DNA of 64,000 nucleotides from Candidatus Lokiarchaeum ossiferum (GTDB lineage Archaea; Asgardarchaeota; Lokiarchaeia; Sigyniarchaeales; Promethearchaeaceae): NCBI GenBank assembly GCA_025839675.1, contig CP104013.1, positions 2,977,121 to 3,041,120 of the forward strand, read 5' to 3'. Shown piece by piece: positions 19,892 to 29,520 of this stretch (position 1 is its first letter; each line of letters starts with the position of its first letter). The notes under the pieces were generated by a model. It saw only the letters and a program-made list of their open reading frames with translations, ran no database searches and was not told where the DNA came from. The position numbers and the translations under genes were made by a program.

Positions 19892-21697
19892 TTAATTTTG
19901 CCCCTTTTTTGATGAATTGATGGATGAAGCGGGATTATTTCTTGCAACTGACTCATTCCAGTCGATATTTTTAAGTTGATATTGAACAGTTTCAACAAAT
20001 TGCTGATATATGCCAGGAACAGAACGTAATGTATCATCGGTCCCATCTTGAACCACAAATCCTTTGTCCATAACGATAATGCGCTCTGCATATTGTAGAC
20101 TTGAAGGTCGTTGAGAAATAATGATAGTCGTACGATTCTCACCAAGTTTTTGGAGTGAAGCTTGAATTAAGCCCTCAGTGACTGGATCTACTGCAGATAC
20201 AGAATCATCAAAAATGATGATGGGAGGATTCTTAAGAAGAGTTCGTGCAATAGCAATACGCTGACGTTGTCCACCGCTTAAAGTTACCCCTCGTTCGCCA
20301 ACAATGGTTTCATACCCTTCTTCTAAAGTACAGATAAACTCATGTATCTGTGCTGCTTTTGCAACTTTAATGACGTCTTCTCTTGTTGCATTGGGAAAAC
20401 CATACGCAATATTATCATGAAGAGATAAAGTAAAGAGATAGGCTTCTTGATGTACAATTCCAATCTGTTTTCTTAGAGAGGATAGGGAAAAAGATTTTAT
20501 ATCAAAATCATCAATTAATATTCTACCTTTGGTAGGATCAAATAGGCGAGGAATTAAATTAACCAGAGAAGATTTGCCCGATCCATTAGGTCCAAGTAGT
20601 ACAATTTGTTGACCGGGTTCTATAGTGAAATTTATGTTTTGAAGTATTGGTACACCAGTAGGATAAGAAAAATCAACTTTGTCAAAGGTAATTTTTCCTT
20701 TAACCTCATTCATAATGAGATCCCCTTGTGATTGGAGAAGTGGGTTGGGTGCATCAAAGACTTCATTTAATCGTAAGGTAGCCGCATTAGCGTCAAAAGT
20801 TAACACCCCCAAATATCCCATCCATCTTCCGGGGATCCCCATTTGGATGACGAGTAGCATAAAAGCAACAAATTGTCCCGCTGTGATTATCCCGTTGAAA
20901 ATAAAAGCACCACCCACAATTATAAGCCCCATAGTTGCTAAAGAAAGAATAAAAACCATTCCTTCCCGTAACCCCGCTCGTACTCGATATGTTTTCAGCA
21001 TAGTATCAATATATTCATTGTTTTTCTTGACATATTTGGCAATTTGTTCTTCTTCTCTGCCAAAAGATTTAACCGTTTTAATTCCAGCTAAATTTTCAGC
21101 GATAAAGTTGTTCAGTTTGCCCCCAACATATTTTTCTTGATAAAATTTGCCTTGATTCTGGCTAGAAGCATAAAATATTGTTCCAAAAATTATGGGTATT
21201 AAAATAAGAAGAATTAGCGATAAATATGGAGAAATTTGCCATACAGAAATTATTGAAAATAGATATAACCAAAGGAATAAAAGAAAAAGGCGATAGCCCC
21301 ATCTTAAAATATTTCCAAAGGAAATAATTTCTCCAATTGTGCGGCTCATGATCTGGCCAACATTTTCATTAGCATAAAATTCTAGTTCTTGGGATTGAAG
21401 AGTTTCATAGAGATCTTGACGCAAATCTCGGATTATAGCTTGCCCGAAGTAAGTCGCGGATACCCGAAGGGACATGTTCCCACCCCAGTCTAATAAAGCA
21501 TACATAATTAAAAGCAAAAACCCTGGTACCAGTCGATCTAAATTTCGAGGTACGATAACAGTATCAATTAAAGACGACACTTGAAATGGAATCAAAGTTT
21601 GGAAAACCGCCGTAGCAATAGCTGTCAGATTAACAATCATAAATATTGTTTTCTGACGTTTGACATATGGAATTAAAAGTTTGAAAAGTGCCTTCAT
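19892..21697 (-). CDS. ABC exporter, fused permease/ATPase subunit (heterodimer partner)
   Basis: Walker A is GPNGSGKSS, the signature is LSGGQRQR and Walker B is IIIFDDSVSAVD. It sits 2 nt upstream of the other subunit. Confidence 0.9.
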   Translation of the reverse strand: MKALFKLLIPYVKRQKTIFMIVNLTAIATAVFQTLIPFQVSSLIDTVIVPRNLDRLVPGFLLLIMYALLDWGGNMSLRVSATYFGQAIIRDLRQDLYETLQSQELEFYANENVGQIMSRTIGEIISFGNILRWGYRLFLLFLWLYLFSIISVWQISPYLSLILLILIPIIFGTIFYASSQNQGKFYQEKYVGGKLNNFIAENLAGIKTVKSFGREEEQIAKYVKKNNEYIDTMLKTYRVRAGLREGMVFILSLATMGLIIVGGAFIFNGIITAGQFVAFMLLVIQMGIPGRWMGYLGVLTFDANAATLRLNEVFDAPNPLLQSQGDLIMNEVKGKITFDKVDFSYPTGVPILQNINFTIEPGQQIVLLGPNGSGKSSLVNLIPRLFDPTKGRILIDDFDIKSFSLSSLRKQIGIVHQEAYLFTLSLHDNIAYGFPNATREDVIKVAKAAQIHEFICTLEEGYETIVGERGVTLSGGQRQRIAIARTLLKNPPIIIFDDSVSAVDPVTEGLIQASLQKLGENRTTIIISQRPSSLQYAERIIVMDKGFVVQDGTDDTLRSVPGIYQQFVETVQYQLKNIDWNESVARNNPASSINSSKKGQN

Positions 21698-21885
21698 GGG
21701 TTGTTTTACCTAGGTAGATGAGTAAAATGTTTGATATAAATTTTTGGTTTTAATATAATATTTCGAATGTTTGAATTCGGTGCATTCCATCAAACACATT
21801 GATGCATCTAAATTTTCCCCAAAATCATGGACTTTTTTATATATGGACGAAAGTATTTTAAAGCATCCGAACGTTTACCAAAAGT

Positions 21886-23094
21886 ATGACACTAAATATG
21901 CGAAAGACGTTGGATGAGGACAAGACGAAAATGTTAGAACTCTTCCAGTATAGTTACGGTATGGCTCCAACCAATTTGGATCGCACCTTTGATGTTGTAA
22001 AGGATGAATATTACTCAATAATTCAAGACGACGAGGTAGTAGCAAATATTCGAGCTATTCCTTTTGAACAAAATATCCGAGGCACCTTTAAAAAGATGGC
22101 GGGAATTTGTGATATTGTATGTGATCCTGTTGCACGTCGGAAAGGTTATATTCGGGAAGGTTTAAAGCAAATTTTTGCCGATTTGCATGAAGAAGGAACA
22201 GCAACTTCAACTCTCACCCCTTTCAAGGATTCTTTTTATGAAAAAATGGGTTACATTAATTGTGTTCCCTACCGCAATGTAATAGTACAAACTAAATGGC
22301 TTCAACACTGGAATCAGCTCCCAAAAGGTTATACTTTCAAAAAGATGCGATTAAAGGATGGATATAAGTTAATAAAAGATTTTCATCGAACTGCGATTTC
22401 CAAAATCCATGGAGGTGTTCCCCGAACCGATAAGCGGTGGAAAGAAGCATGGGGTAACAGTGATCGGTGGTTAATAGTTATTTACAACCCTGAAAAAGAA
22501 ATTGAAGGAATAATGCACTACGCCCATAAAGGCTATGGAGATCGACTCTTTGGAGAAGATAACATCGGCACAATTTCAGTGTTAGATTTTTATCCAATTA
22601 CCCCGGCAGGTAAGCATGGGTTATTACATGTGTTATATTTGAACTCAGATCAAATAATCCAAGTTAATCTTCCCCTAAATCCCCATGAAGAAAATATATA
22701 CGCATGGTTTTCTGGTTTTGCAAAGACTAAAACACCACACCATATTGTCAATATGGCCCGAATTGTTGATGCGATTGCTTGCTTGACAGATCTTCCTGTA
22801 ACGCACCAAACATCAGACATAATTCGGTTTCAACTGACCGATCCCGATTGTGTATGGAACAATCTCCACTTAGCACTTTCTGTTCAGAATGGAAAAATTC
22901 ATGTTGAGAAGTTGGAGGGAGACACTCCTAACATGAAAATTACAATCCAAGGATTAACCGCAATAGTCTATGGAGTGATGTCTTATCCAGAGTTAATTTA
23001 TTTCAAGTGGATTCAAGATGCAAGTGCTCAAGATCTTGCTATTTTGAAATTATGGTTTCCTCTCTCTCCAACCTGGTTAGCGGAATTCTTTTAG
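21886..23094 (+). CDS. GNAT-family acetyltransferase, Eis-like (GNAT + C-terminal SCP2-like region)
   Basis: The length is about 400 aa and the GNAT core motif is VCDPVARRKGYIREGL. The Eis-like call is tentative. Confidence 0.4.
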   Translation: MTLNMRKTLDEDKTKMLELFQYSYGMAPTNLDRTFDVVKDEYYSIIQDDEVVANIRAIPFEQNIRGTFKKMAGICDIVCDPVARRKGYIREGLKQIFADLHEEGTATSTLTPFKDSFYEKMGYINCVPYRNVIVQTKWLQHWNQLPKGYTFKKMRLKDGYKLIKDFHRTAISKIHGGVPRTDKRWKEAWGNSDRWLIVIYNPEKEIEGIMHYAHKGYGDRLFGEDNIGTISVLDFYPITPAGKHGLLHVLYLNSDQIIQVNLPLNPHEENIYAWFSGFAKTKTPHHIVNMARIVDAIACLTDLPVTHQTSDIIRFQLTDPDCVWNNLHLALSVQNGKIHVEKLEGDTPNMKITIQGLTAIVYGVMSYPELIYFKWIQDASAQDLAILKLWFPLSPTWLAEFF

Positions 23095-23133
23095 ATTATT
23101 TCACTCTTTTTTTGTTTTTGTTTTATTTCTTTT
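23095..23133. terminator. Oligo-T tract between convergent genes (candidate archaeal terminator)
   Basis: The tract is ttttagattatttcactctttttttgtttttgttttatttctttttt. Confidence 0.3.
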
Positions 23134-23544
23134 TTATTCCTGATGCAATAATTTCTTAATGAACATCGACGACATTGGACGGCTTTGAATTCTTTGAAGT
23201 TGCTTTTGGTGTACATTCATAGATTGCATCCATGTTTGATGAAGTGCACTTAAATACTCTACTCCATCCATAGTTAAATCATAAATGCCATAGGTCGGTT
23301 TTTGAATGAGTTTCACACTTGTTAATTGCACTAGATGGTTTGCTAGGGCGGTTTTTTGAAGCTTCGATTGCAATAAAAGAGTTTGAAAGGAAATTGGCCC
23401 ATCGAGAAGAGTGACCAAAATAGAAAATCGTTTGATATTACCGATAGCTTTGAGAATTGGGAAGAGATCTGCTGTAATATCTTGAAAGGATTTTTTTAAT
23501 GCTTTTCTAGCCAAACTCATCGTTTTTTCACCGGAATCATCCAT
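23134..23544 (-). CDS. Small winged-helix (ArsR-like) putative transcription regulator
   Basis: FSILVTLLDGPISFQTLLLQSKLQKTALANHLVQLTSVKLIQK is a wHTH-like pattern. Confidence 0.35.
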   Translation of the reverse strand: MDDSGEKTMSLARKALKKSFQDITADLFPILKAIGNIKRFSILVTLLDGPISFQTLLLQSKLQKTALANHLVQLTSVKLIQKPTYGIYDLTMDGVEYLSALHQTWMQSMNVHQKQLQRIQSRPMSSMFIKKLLHQE

Positions 23545-24044
23545 TCAATTTCCGAAGCAGGATCTTCTAAACCCTTATACATCGGACCATATTGTTGAAT
23601 TACATAAGGATAGGATTGGCAATAGTCTGATTTTTCTGATACGAGCCAATCTTGGAAGACATACTCTGTCTTTCGTTCAGCCATAGTGGTAGTAAATTCC
23701 ACATATTGAGTAAGAGGTAATTGTTTAACCACCATTTCTAATGGGATTTCATCAAAATAATCAATTTCAATTCCTACAAACACGTAATATCTACGTGTTT
23801 TCGCATATTCGGAAGGTTCAATATGGATTTCAAAAGCAAAATGGGGCTTTGAATTCAATTTTTCTAGAATAAATTTATATTTCTGAGATAATTGGCCAAA
23901 TCTTTGCCAGAGTTTTCCTATTTCATTTTCATATGACCATTCCTCACTGTTAAGAAACGGATCGCCATAAAATTCACAGCCTAAGAGACGGAATTGGAGT
24001 GGATCGGTAATTTTTGGAGTAAAATCCTGAGAAATTTCATCCAT
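23517..24044 (-). CDS. Hypothetical protein, possible GyrI-like/effector-binding domain
   Basis: The protein is 175 aa. Its 3' end overlaps the downstream HTH gene by 28 nt. The fold call is tentative. Confidence 0.3.
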   Translation of the reverse strand: MDEISQDFTPKITDPLQFRLLGCEFYGDPFLNSEEWSYENEIGKLWQRFGQLSQKYKFILEKLNSKPHFAFEIHIEPSEYAKTRRYYVFVGIEIDYFDEIPLEMVVKQLPLTQYVEFTTTMAERKTEYVFQDWLVSEKSDYCQSYPYVIQQYGPMYKGLEDPASEIEWMIPVKKR

Positions 24045-24284
24045 GATTGAATTTAGTAAGGGAAATGAGAAATAAAAAGATTCCTAAATAAAATGAACAA
24101 ATGCATATTATTTAAATATAAAAAATGAACTAATATTCTTACTGCTGATCCAACAGGTATTTGCAGGTATTAGAACAAATTTATGTTTAATTTTTCATGA
24201 AAAATACCATTATAATATTGAAATAGAGAATATTGTTGAGATTTGCACCACATTACAAAAATAAACTCAAGTGTGAAAAAAAAA

Positions 24285-24779
24285 ATGACAGCAAAAAAAG
24301 AAGAAATTGTTTTACATCCGATTGGAGAAGTTAAATCTAAAGAAGGAAAAACTTGGATAGAGGTAAAAGAACAATATAGACTTGCCCTAAAAGAATTAGA
24401 AAAATTCACCCATGTCAATATCGTTTGGTGGGCACATAAAAATGATACCCCCAAGCGACGAGCGGTATTACTATCAGAAGAATTACCCCCATTTTATGGA
24501 AAAGACGCACCTAGTATGGGAGTTTTTGCCAATAGATCGGAATTTCGTCCCAATCCAATATGTGTTTCTGCAACACAGATAATTAAAGTGGACCTGAAAG
24601 AAGGGATAATTCAGATCCCATGGACAGATGCGTTTCCAGGAACTCCAATTGTTGATATTAAACCATATCTTCCAATGGCTGACATCATTGAAGGGGCGGA
24701 TTATCCTAATTATCTCCAACATTGGCCTAAAAGTCAGGAAGCAGCCATGAAATGGTGGGCTGAAATGGAACAAGAGTGA
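24285..24779 (+). CDS. TsaA/YaeB-family (TrmO-like) SAM-dependent methyltransferase
   Basis: A beta-barrel N-terminus (IGEVKS) is followed by the family-typical GTPIVDIKPYLP motif. The ORF-track start is TTG at 24243, so I used the ATG at 24285. Confidence 0.6.
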   Translation: MTAKKEEIVLHPIGEVKSKEGKTWIEVKEQYRLALKELEKFTHVNIVWWAHKNDTPKRRAVLLSEELPPFYGKDAPSMGVFANRSEFRPNPICVSATQIIKVDLKEGIIQIPWTDAFPGTPIVDIKPYLPMADIIEGADYPNYLQHWPKSQEAAMKWWAEMEQE

Positions 24780-24923
24780 TAATTTGAATCACCAAAATAA
24801 TTCTTTTTTTTTATAAATCTATAAATAACTGAAAAGGATAAGTAATTAATAGGATTCGATTTGTATTCTGTGAATTCATAATTAATCGAATATCTCCAAT
24901 TTGAAATCAATGAGATTTAAAAT

Positions 24924-25997
24924 ATGGTTCAATCTAAAAAATCACAGTTATTTGACATCCTTTTGCATTTAACTAAAATGAATCTAGCGACTCGAAAACA
25001 AATCGCGGATTACGCTTTGAATGAAGCGATATCCCTAACTTTTAGCAAGATTTCATTTATTGGGTTCATAAATTCAGAACAAACGATAATGCGAACTCAT
25101 GCATGGTCCGAATCTGCTTGGAAAAATTGCCAAGTGGAAGATCCTTATATTGATTTTCCAATAAAAAAGGCAGGATTATGGGCAGAAGCAATTCGACAAC
25201 GAAAATCAATTATTGTTAATGACTTTGAAAAACCAAATCCTTTGAAAAAAGGATTTCCAGAAGGACATTTGGCATTATCTCGCTTTTTATCGGTCCCGAT
25301 TATTGATGAAGATCATGTAATTGCAATTATTGCAGTAGGCAATAAAAGCACGGACTATTCAAAGCTTGATATTCAAAATCTTCAGATACTTCTATTAACA
25401 GCTTGGCGGATGATACAGCGCAGAGATGCATTTGAGGCACTTGAACAAGAACGGATTAGATTTAAATTGATCCTCGATCAGGCGGTTGATTGGGAGATTT
25501 GGAGAAAAAATTCGACATATCTCTATATTTCACCTTCATGTCAAGCAATAACCGGGTATAGTGCAGAAGAATTTTATACTAATCCAAATTTAAGGAAAGA
25601 AATTATTATAGAAGAAGATCACAAAGTGTGGGACGATCATGAACAGCAGAATTTGAAGGATGAACAGCAGAGCACTATCGAATTCCGAATAAGAAATAAG
25701 TCAGGAGATGTGAGATGGATTGAACATCGATGTTCTGTTGTCCCAGAATCAATTTCTCCGTTAGGAGGACGACGAGAAAGCAATCGCGATATCACTTTGC
25801 GTAAAATTGCGCAACAAGAAATTAAGAAATTGAAAGGTTTGCTCCCAATTTGCTCATCTTGTAAAAAAATTCGTGATGAAGGGGGTAATTGGCAATTAAT
25901 AGAATCCTATATTCATGATCATTCAGAAGCGGAGTTCACGCATGGAATGTGTCCAGAATGCATTCAAAAATATTATCCAGATTTAGCTGAAAAGTAA
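24924..25997 (+). CDS. GAF + PAS sensor protein with C-terminal 4-Cys (CxxC...CxxC) motif
   Basis: A GAF-like N-terminus is followed by a PAS domain (GDVRWIEHRCSVV). The C-terminus is ICSSCKKIRDEGGNWQLIESYIHDHSEAEFTHGMCPECIQKYYP, and no kinase domain is present. Confidence 0.55.
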   Translation: MVQSKKSQLFDILLHLTKMNLATRKQIADYALNEAISLTFSKISFIGFINSEQTIMRTHAWSESAWKNCQVEDPYIDFPIKKAGLWAEAIRQRKSIIVNDFEKPNPLKKGFPEGHLALSRFLSVPIIDEDHVIAIIAVGNKSTDYSKLDIQNLQILLLTAWRMIQRRDAFEALEQERIRFKLILDQAVDWEIWRKNSTYLYISPSCQAITGYSAEEFYTNPNLRKEIIIEEDHKVWDDHEQQNLKDEQQSTIEFRIRNKSGDVRWIEHRCSVVPESISPLGGRRESNRDITLRKIAQQEIKKLKGLLPICSSCKKIRDEGGNWQLIESYIHDHSEAEFTHGMCPECIQKYYPDLAEK

Positions 25998-26042
25998 AGA
26001 AAGTTTTAATAATAACTTCGGTTTTTCTTTTTGGAAATAAAA

Positions 26043-26591
26043 ATGGCTTCAAAGACCCTATCATATTTCATAATAGGAGAAAGAATTGCTTTTCGACCAT
26101 TAAAAGAAAAAAATATCCATCTCTATTCCAAATGGGTAAATAATCCGAAGAATAGAGCATTTATTCCATATCACTTTCCAACCACATATGAAATTCGACA
26201 GAAGTGGGTTCAAAGGCAACAATTTAATGGTACTACATCGAAAATAATTTTAGAAATTTGGCATTTACATGACAAGCAAGCAATTGGATATGCTCAATTG
26301 GATGAAATCTCATGGATCGATAGAAAAGCGACGATGGGATATATTATAGGAGAAAACCAATATTGGAAAAAAGGCTTAGGAACTGAGACAATTCAGTTAT
26401 TGGAGACTTATGCGTTTGAAGAACTAAATCTCAGAAAATTGAAAGCTTTGGTCATTCGAGATAATTTAGCTTCTGTTAAAGTGTTCGAAAAGTTAAAATA
26501 TAGATTAGAAGGTGTTTTGGAAGGAGAAAATTTCTATTTAGGCAATTTTCGGGATGTTTTCATCTTTAGCAAATTCAAAAATATTGAATAA
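26043..26591 (+). CDS. GNAT-family N-acetyltransferase (RimJ/RimL-like)
   Basis: The Acetyltransf_3-like pattern is IAFRPLKEKNIHLYSKWVNNP...IGYAQL. The ORF-track start is TTG at 26031, so I used the ATG at 26043. Confidence 0.6.
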   Translation: MASKTLSYFIIGERIAFRPLKEKNIHLYSKWVNNPKNRAFIPYHFPTTYEIRQKWVQRQQFNGTTSKIILEIWHLHDKQAIGYAQLDEISWIDRKATMGYIIGENQYWKKGLGTETIQLLETYAFEELNLRKLKALVIRDNLASVKVFEKLKYRLEGVLEGENFYLGNFRDVFIFSKFKNIE

Positions 26592-26756
26592 ATTTTTTTG
26601 AAACAATGTTTAGAAAAACGATGAGAATAGGCAACCTCCAACCGTCTGATTTTAATTTATTTTATCTAATTTGTTCTTCTGTAAATATTCTAAAAACTAT
26701 TTTAAATCATGCAATTAATTTAGCTAGAAATAACAAAAGTGGGTTGAAAAGAAAAG

Positions 26757-26830
26757 CGGGCCATGAGGGAGTTGAACCCCCGACCAACGGATTAAGAGTC
26801 CGCCGCTCTACCTGGCTGAGCCAATGGCCC
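26757..26830 (-). tRNA. tRNA-Lys (anticodon CUU), 74 nt, no encoded CCA
   Basis: The reverse complement folds as a cloverleaf. The acceptor GGGCCAU/AUGGCCC is followed by discriminator G. The D-arm is GCUC/GAGC, the anticodon stem is GCGGA/UCCGU with loop CUCUUAA, and the T-arm is GGGGG-UUCAACU-CCCUC. Confidence 0.85.
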
Positions 26831-26870
26831 GTGATTGGTTACCCGAATGGGTAAGAAAAAAAAGGGATAA

Positions 26871-26881
26871 TTATTTATTAA
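26871..26881 (-). promoter_or_regulatory. Candidate TATA box for the tRNA-Lys gene
   Basis: The minus-strand TTAATAAATAA lies about 40 nt upstream of the tRNA 5' end. Confidence 0.25.
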
Positions 26882-26894
26882 ATTATCGGTTTGA

Positions 26895-27614
26895 CTATCT
26901 TGTCTTGCGCCCACTTTGTCGAGCGGCAATCATACCAACCTTTCGCCCTGGAGGAGCATTTCGACTTGTGGTAGTTGGTCGACCCGACATTTTCTTGCGC
27001 CCACCTCCAAATGGATGTGAACAAGCGTTCATACCACTGGAAGTAATAACTGGCCAATTGGTAGCTTTGGTACGCATTTGATGATATTTATTACCTGCCT
27101 TTAAGTAAGGCTTGGTAGTACGACCACCACCGGCAACTACACCGAGAGTAGCTCGAGAATTTTTGTGAATTACTTTTCTTTTTCCGGATGGGAATAAGAT
27201 TTGAACTCCTTTTTCAGAACGTGTCATTAGAGTGGCAGTTGTCCCACCAGAACGACATAATTTGCCTCCATCACCAGGAAGAATCTCAATATTGTAAATT
27301 AAAGACCCTTCTGGGATATATTGGACTTCCATGGTATTGCCTACCATAATTTCGGTTTGAGGACCAATTTGGAATCTATCATGTAAAAAGATACCTTCTG
27401 GAGGAAGCCAGAGAGAACGTTTTTTATTGTCGAATTCAATTCGAGCAAGAGGAGTTCCACGTCCACCTTCGTGGATAAATTCAATTACTTCAAAATTCAA
27501 AACATCATTATAATTTCTGGGGATGTATTTCACTGCACCACGCTTCCGATGTTTAGGTGATCGGAAGTTTTGGGTACCTTTTCCCCTACGTTGGACTAAG
27601 ATTCTACGACCCAT
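26895..27614 (-). CDS. rpl2: 50S ribosomal protein uL2 (L2)
   Basis: MGRRILVQRRGKGTQNF...IHKNSRATLGVVAGGGRTTKPYLKAGNKYH...SSGMNACSHPFGGG is a strong uL2 signature. The ATG at 27614 starts MGRRI. Confidence 0.95.
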   Translation of the reverse strand: MGRRILVQRRGKGTQNFRSPKHRKRGAVKYIPRNYNDVLNFEVIEFIHEGGRGTPLARIEFDNKKRSLWLPPEGIFLHDRFQIGPQTEIMVGNTMEVQYIPEGSLIYNIEILPGDGGKLCRSGGTTATLMTRSEKGVQILFPSGKRKVIHKNSRATLGVVAGGGRTTKPYLKAGNKYHQMRTKATNWPVITSSGMNACSHPFGGGRKKMSGRPTTTSRNAPPGRKVGMIAARQSGRKTR

Positions 27615-27864
27615 TATAATCACTTAGAGCGCATCGCGACCTCACTGGGTGAGATTTATCGCACTCTACGAAGAAGTAAAGGTAGCATGGTAATAAAATT
27701 TTATCATCAAAAAGACGGATATTTGTGAGTTACGCGTATGGACAAATGTTTAACTTCTTAAGTAAAGAAGACCATAAAATAAATAAAGCAAGACTAAAAT
27801 GTAGTATATTATCGTGATATTATAGAGATAATATGATCAAATCAATCAAAAAGGGAAAATAATA

Positions 27865-28539
27865 ATGAAAGTCAGATTTACAGCCGATAAAAATGGAATT
27901 GAGATCGAAATAGAGGATAATGATAATAATCAAGAATATTTGGAAAAAATCCTTAATCAAATTGATCAAATCGTAGATTCTAAATATAATTTGCTCGAAG
28001 TCTTAAGAAAGGAGCCTATTTTGGAAAAAAGCACAAGCAATGAAGGGGAAAATAAGGTAATAAAAGAAATCATAAATACTAATTCAAATACTAATCAGAC
28101 TGAAAATATTGATACGATAGCTGAGTCTATTGATCAACCCATTAAAGATTTCGCAGCTCAAGTTAAGGTAGATCCATTGAAACTAAGCCAAATCTATGAT
28201 TTTGGTTATAGCAAATACACAAAAGGAGAGATGGAAGTTCCTCCTATTCTTCCAGATGTATGTTCCGTTTCAAAATCACGTTCAGATACTCAAAGACAGG
28301 CACTATTACTATTGTTACTTGCTACAAATGTGTTAAATGGGAATGATTCGTTAAGTTCAAAATCATTAACAATGATCTTAACTGAATCATCAATAGATTC
28401 AACTGATTTATCAAAAGTAAAATCCACAGATTTTAATAAATGGATTAAAATAGATGGTAGATCCTATAGAATTTTTCCAGTTGGGGTGATAAAAGCAAAG
28501 AAATTCTTGAATGAAAAAATTGCATCATTAGGTGAGTAA
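27865..28539 (+). CDS. Hypothetical protein (element cargo)
   Basis: The ATG ORF is 224 aa and overlaps the next gene by 8 nt. It is N/K/S-rich with no recognisable domain. Confidence 0.4.
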   Translation: MKVRFTADKNGIEIEIEDNDNNQEYLEKILNQIDQIVDSKYNLLEVLRKEPILEKSTSNEGENKVIKEIINTNSNTNQTENIDTIAESIDQPIKDFAAQVKVDPLKLSQIYDFGYSKYTKGEMEVPPILPDVCSVSKSRSDTQRQALLLLLLATNVLNGNDSLSSKSLTMILTESSIDSTDLSKVKSTDFNKWIKIDGRSYRIFPVGVIKAKKFLNEKIASLGE

Positions 28540-29299
28540 TATCTCTAAGTTTCAAGATTTATTATCAAAACATATACCAAAGAAATATTCTGAACCAATA
28601 ATTGACGAATATGCTAATCTTGAAAAGGCTTTTTATGTTTTCGATGCTGTAAACTTAGGAATAGCAGCAGGTCATTTATGTGAATTAATTTCATCATTAA
28701 TATGTTTTAAAGAACTAAATATTGTGCAAAACTTGAATAGAATTGATTTTAATCCAAATTATCAAAAAATGATACAAGCCCCAAAACCAAATTCTGATGC
28801 TGAAATTCTCATGAATATTATTCCAAATATATTAAAGGGAATTTATGCATTCAGAAGTAGAAAAAGAGTAGCACATTTTAAACTAGCTATTCCACAAAAA
28901 ATCGATATTAAGACAGTAAAACAAAATATAGATTGGGTCATATCACATCTGTTAATGTTATATTGTAATGTTCAAGATCCTTCTTCAATGATGATTCTAA
29001 AACCATTTGCAGAGATTGATATTCCATTTGTTGAGGAATTTGAGAATGGTGAAATATTATTCCTAAAAAGAGATGTAAGCAAACCAGATAAATTACTTTA
29101 TGTTATTGGAAGAAATCGTGATAAAATTCGCATTACAAAAGAAGAAATTATTATTCAGGTTCCAGAGCTAAAGAAAGATTTTGCACAAAATATACGAAGA
29201 TTGAAGGAAAGGACATTAATCCATATTACTGATAGTGGTTTTACTTTAACAAGAATAGGTAAGCAAAAGCTTTCTACTATCTATGAAAAATTATCTTAA
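28532..29299 (+). CDS. Hypothetical protein with R-x4-H motif (possible HEPN-like/Abi-like)
   Basis: GIYAFRSRKRVAHFKL matches the HEPN Rx4-6H motif in a predicted helical context. It is translationally coupled to the upstream ORF. Confidence 0.35.
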   Translation: MSNISKFQDLLSKHIPKKYSEPIIDEYANLEKAFYVFDAVNLGIAAGHLCELISSLICFKELNIVQNLNRIDFNPNYQKMIQAPKPNSDAEILMNIIPNILKGIYAFRSRKRVAHFKLAIPQKIDIKTVKQNIDWVISHLLMLYCNVQDPSSMMILKPFAEIDIPFVEEFENGEILFLKRDVSKPDKLLYVIGRNRDKIRITKEEIIIQVPELKKDFAQNIRRLKERTLIHITDSGFTLTRIGKQKLSTIYEKLS

Positions 29300-29520
29300 G
29301 TTTTCTGAATTTTTTGACTATCCCATTTTTTAAAATTTCGGTCAAGTTCCTCATTAAAAGTGGTGGAAGGATATTTGATAAATTGCATCTCGCCTCCCAC
29401 CCTGACCCAATACTGATTGTTTGCTTGATTCATACTGTATTTCAGGAAAAACAAAATAAAAAAACTACCGCGGGTGAGAATATATAAAAAATTCTTAAAT
29501 TGATGATCTAATTTATTATT

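Noticed and set aside
26757-26830. Idea that the putative mobile block is integrated into tRNA-Lys
   Set aside because: The complete uL2 gene lies between the tRNA and the block. The block is also on the 5' side of the tRNA, and no convincing duplicate of the tRNA 3' half was found.
26606-27081. ORFs 26606-26854 and 26824-27081 (+)
   Set aside because: They overlap the tRNA-Lys gene and run antisense to the highly conserved uL2 CDS, so they are spurious.
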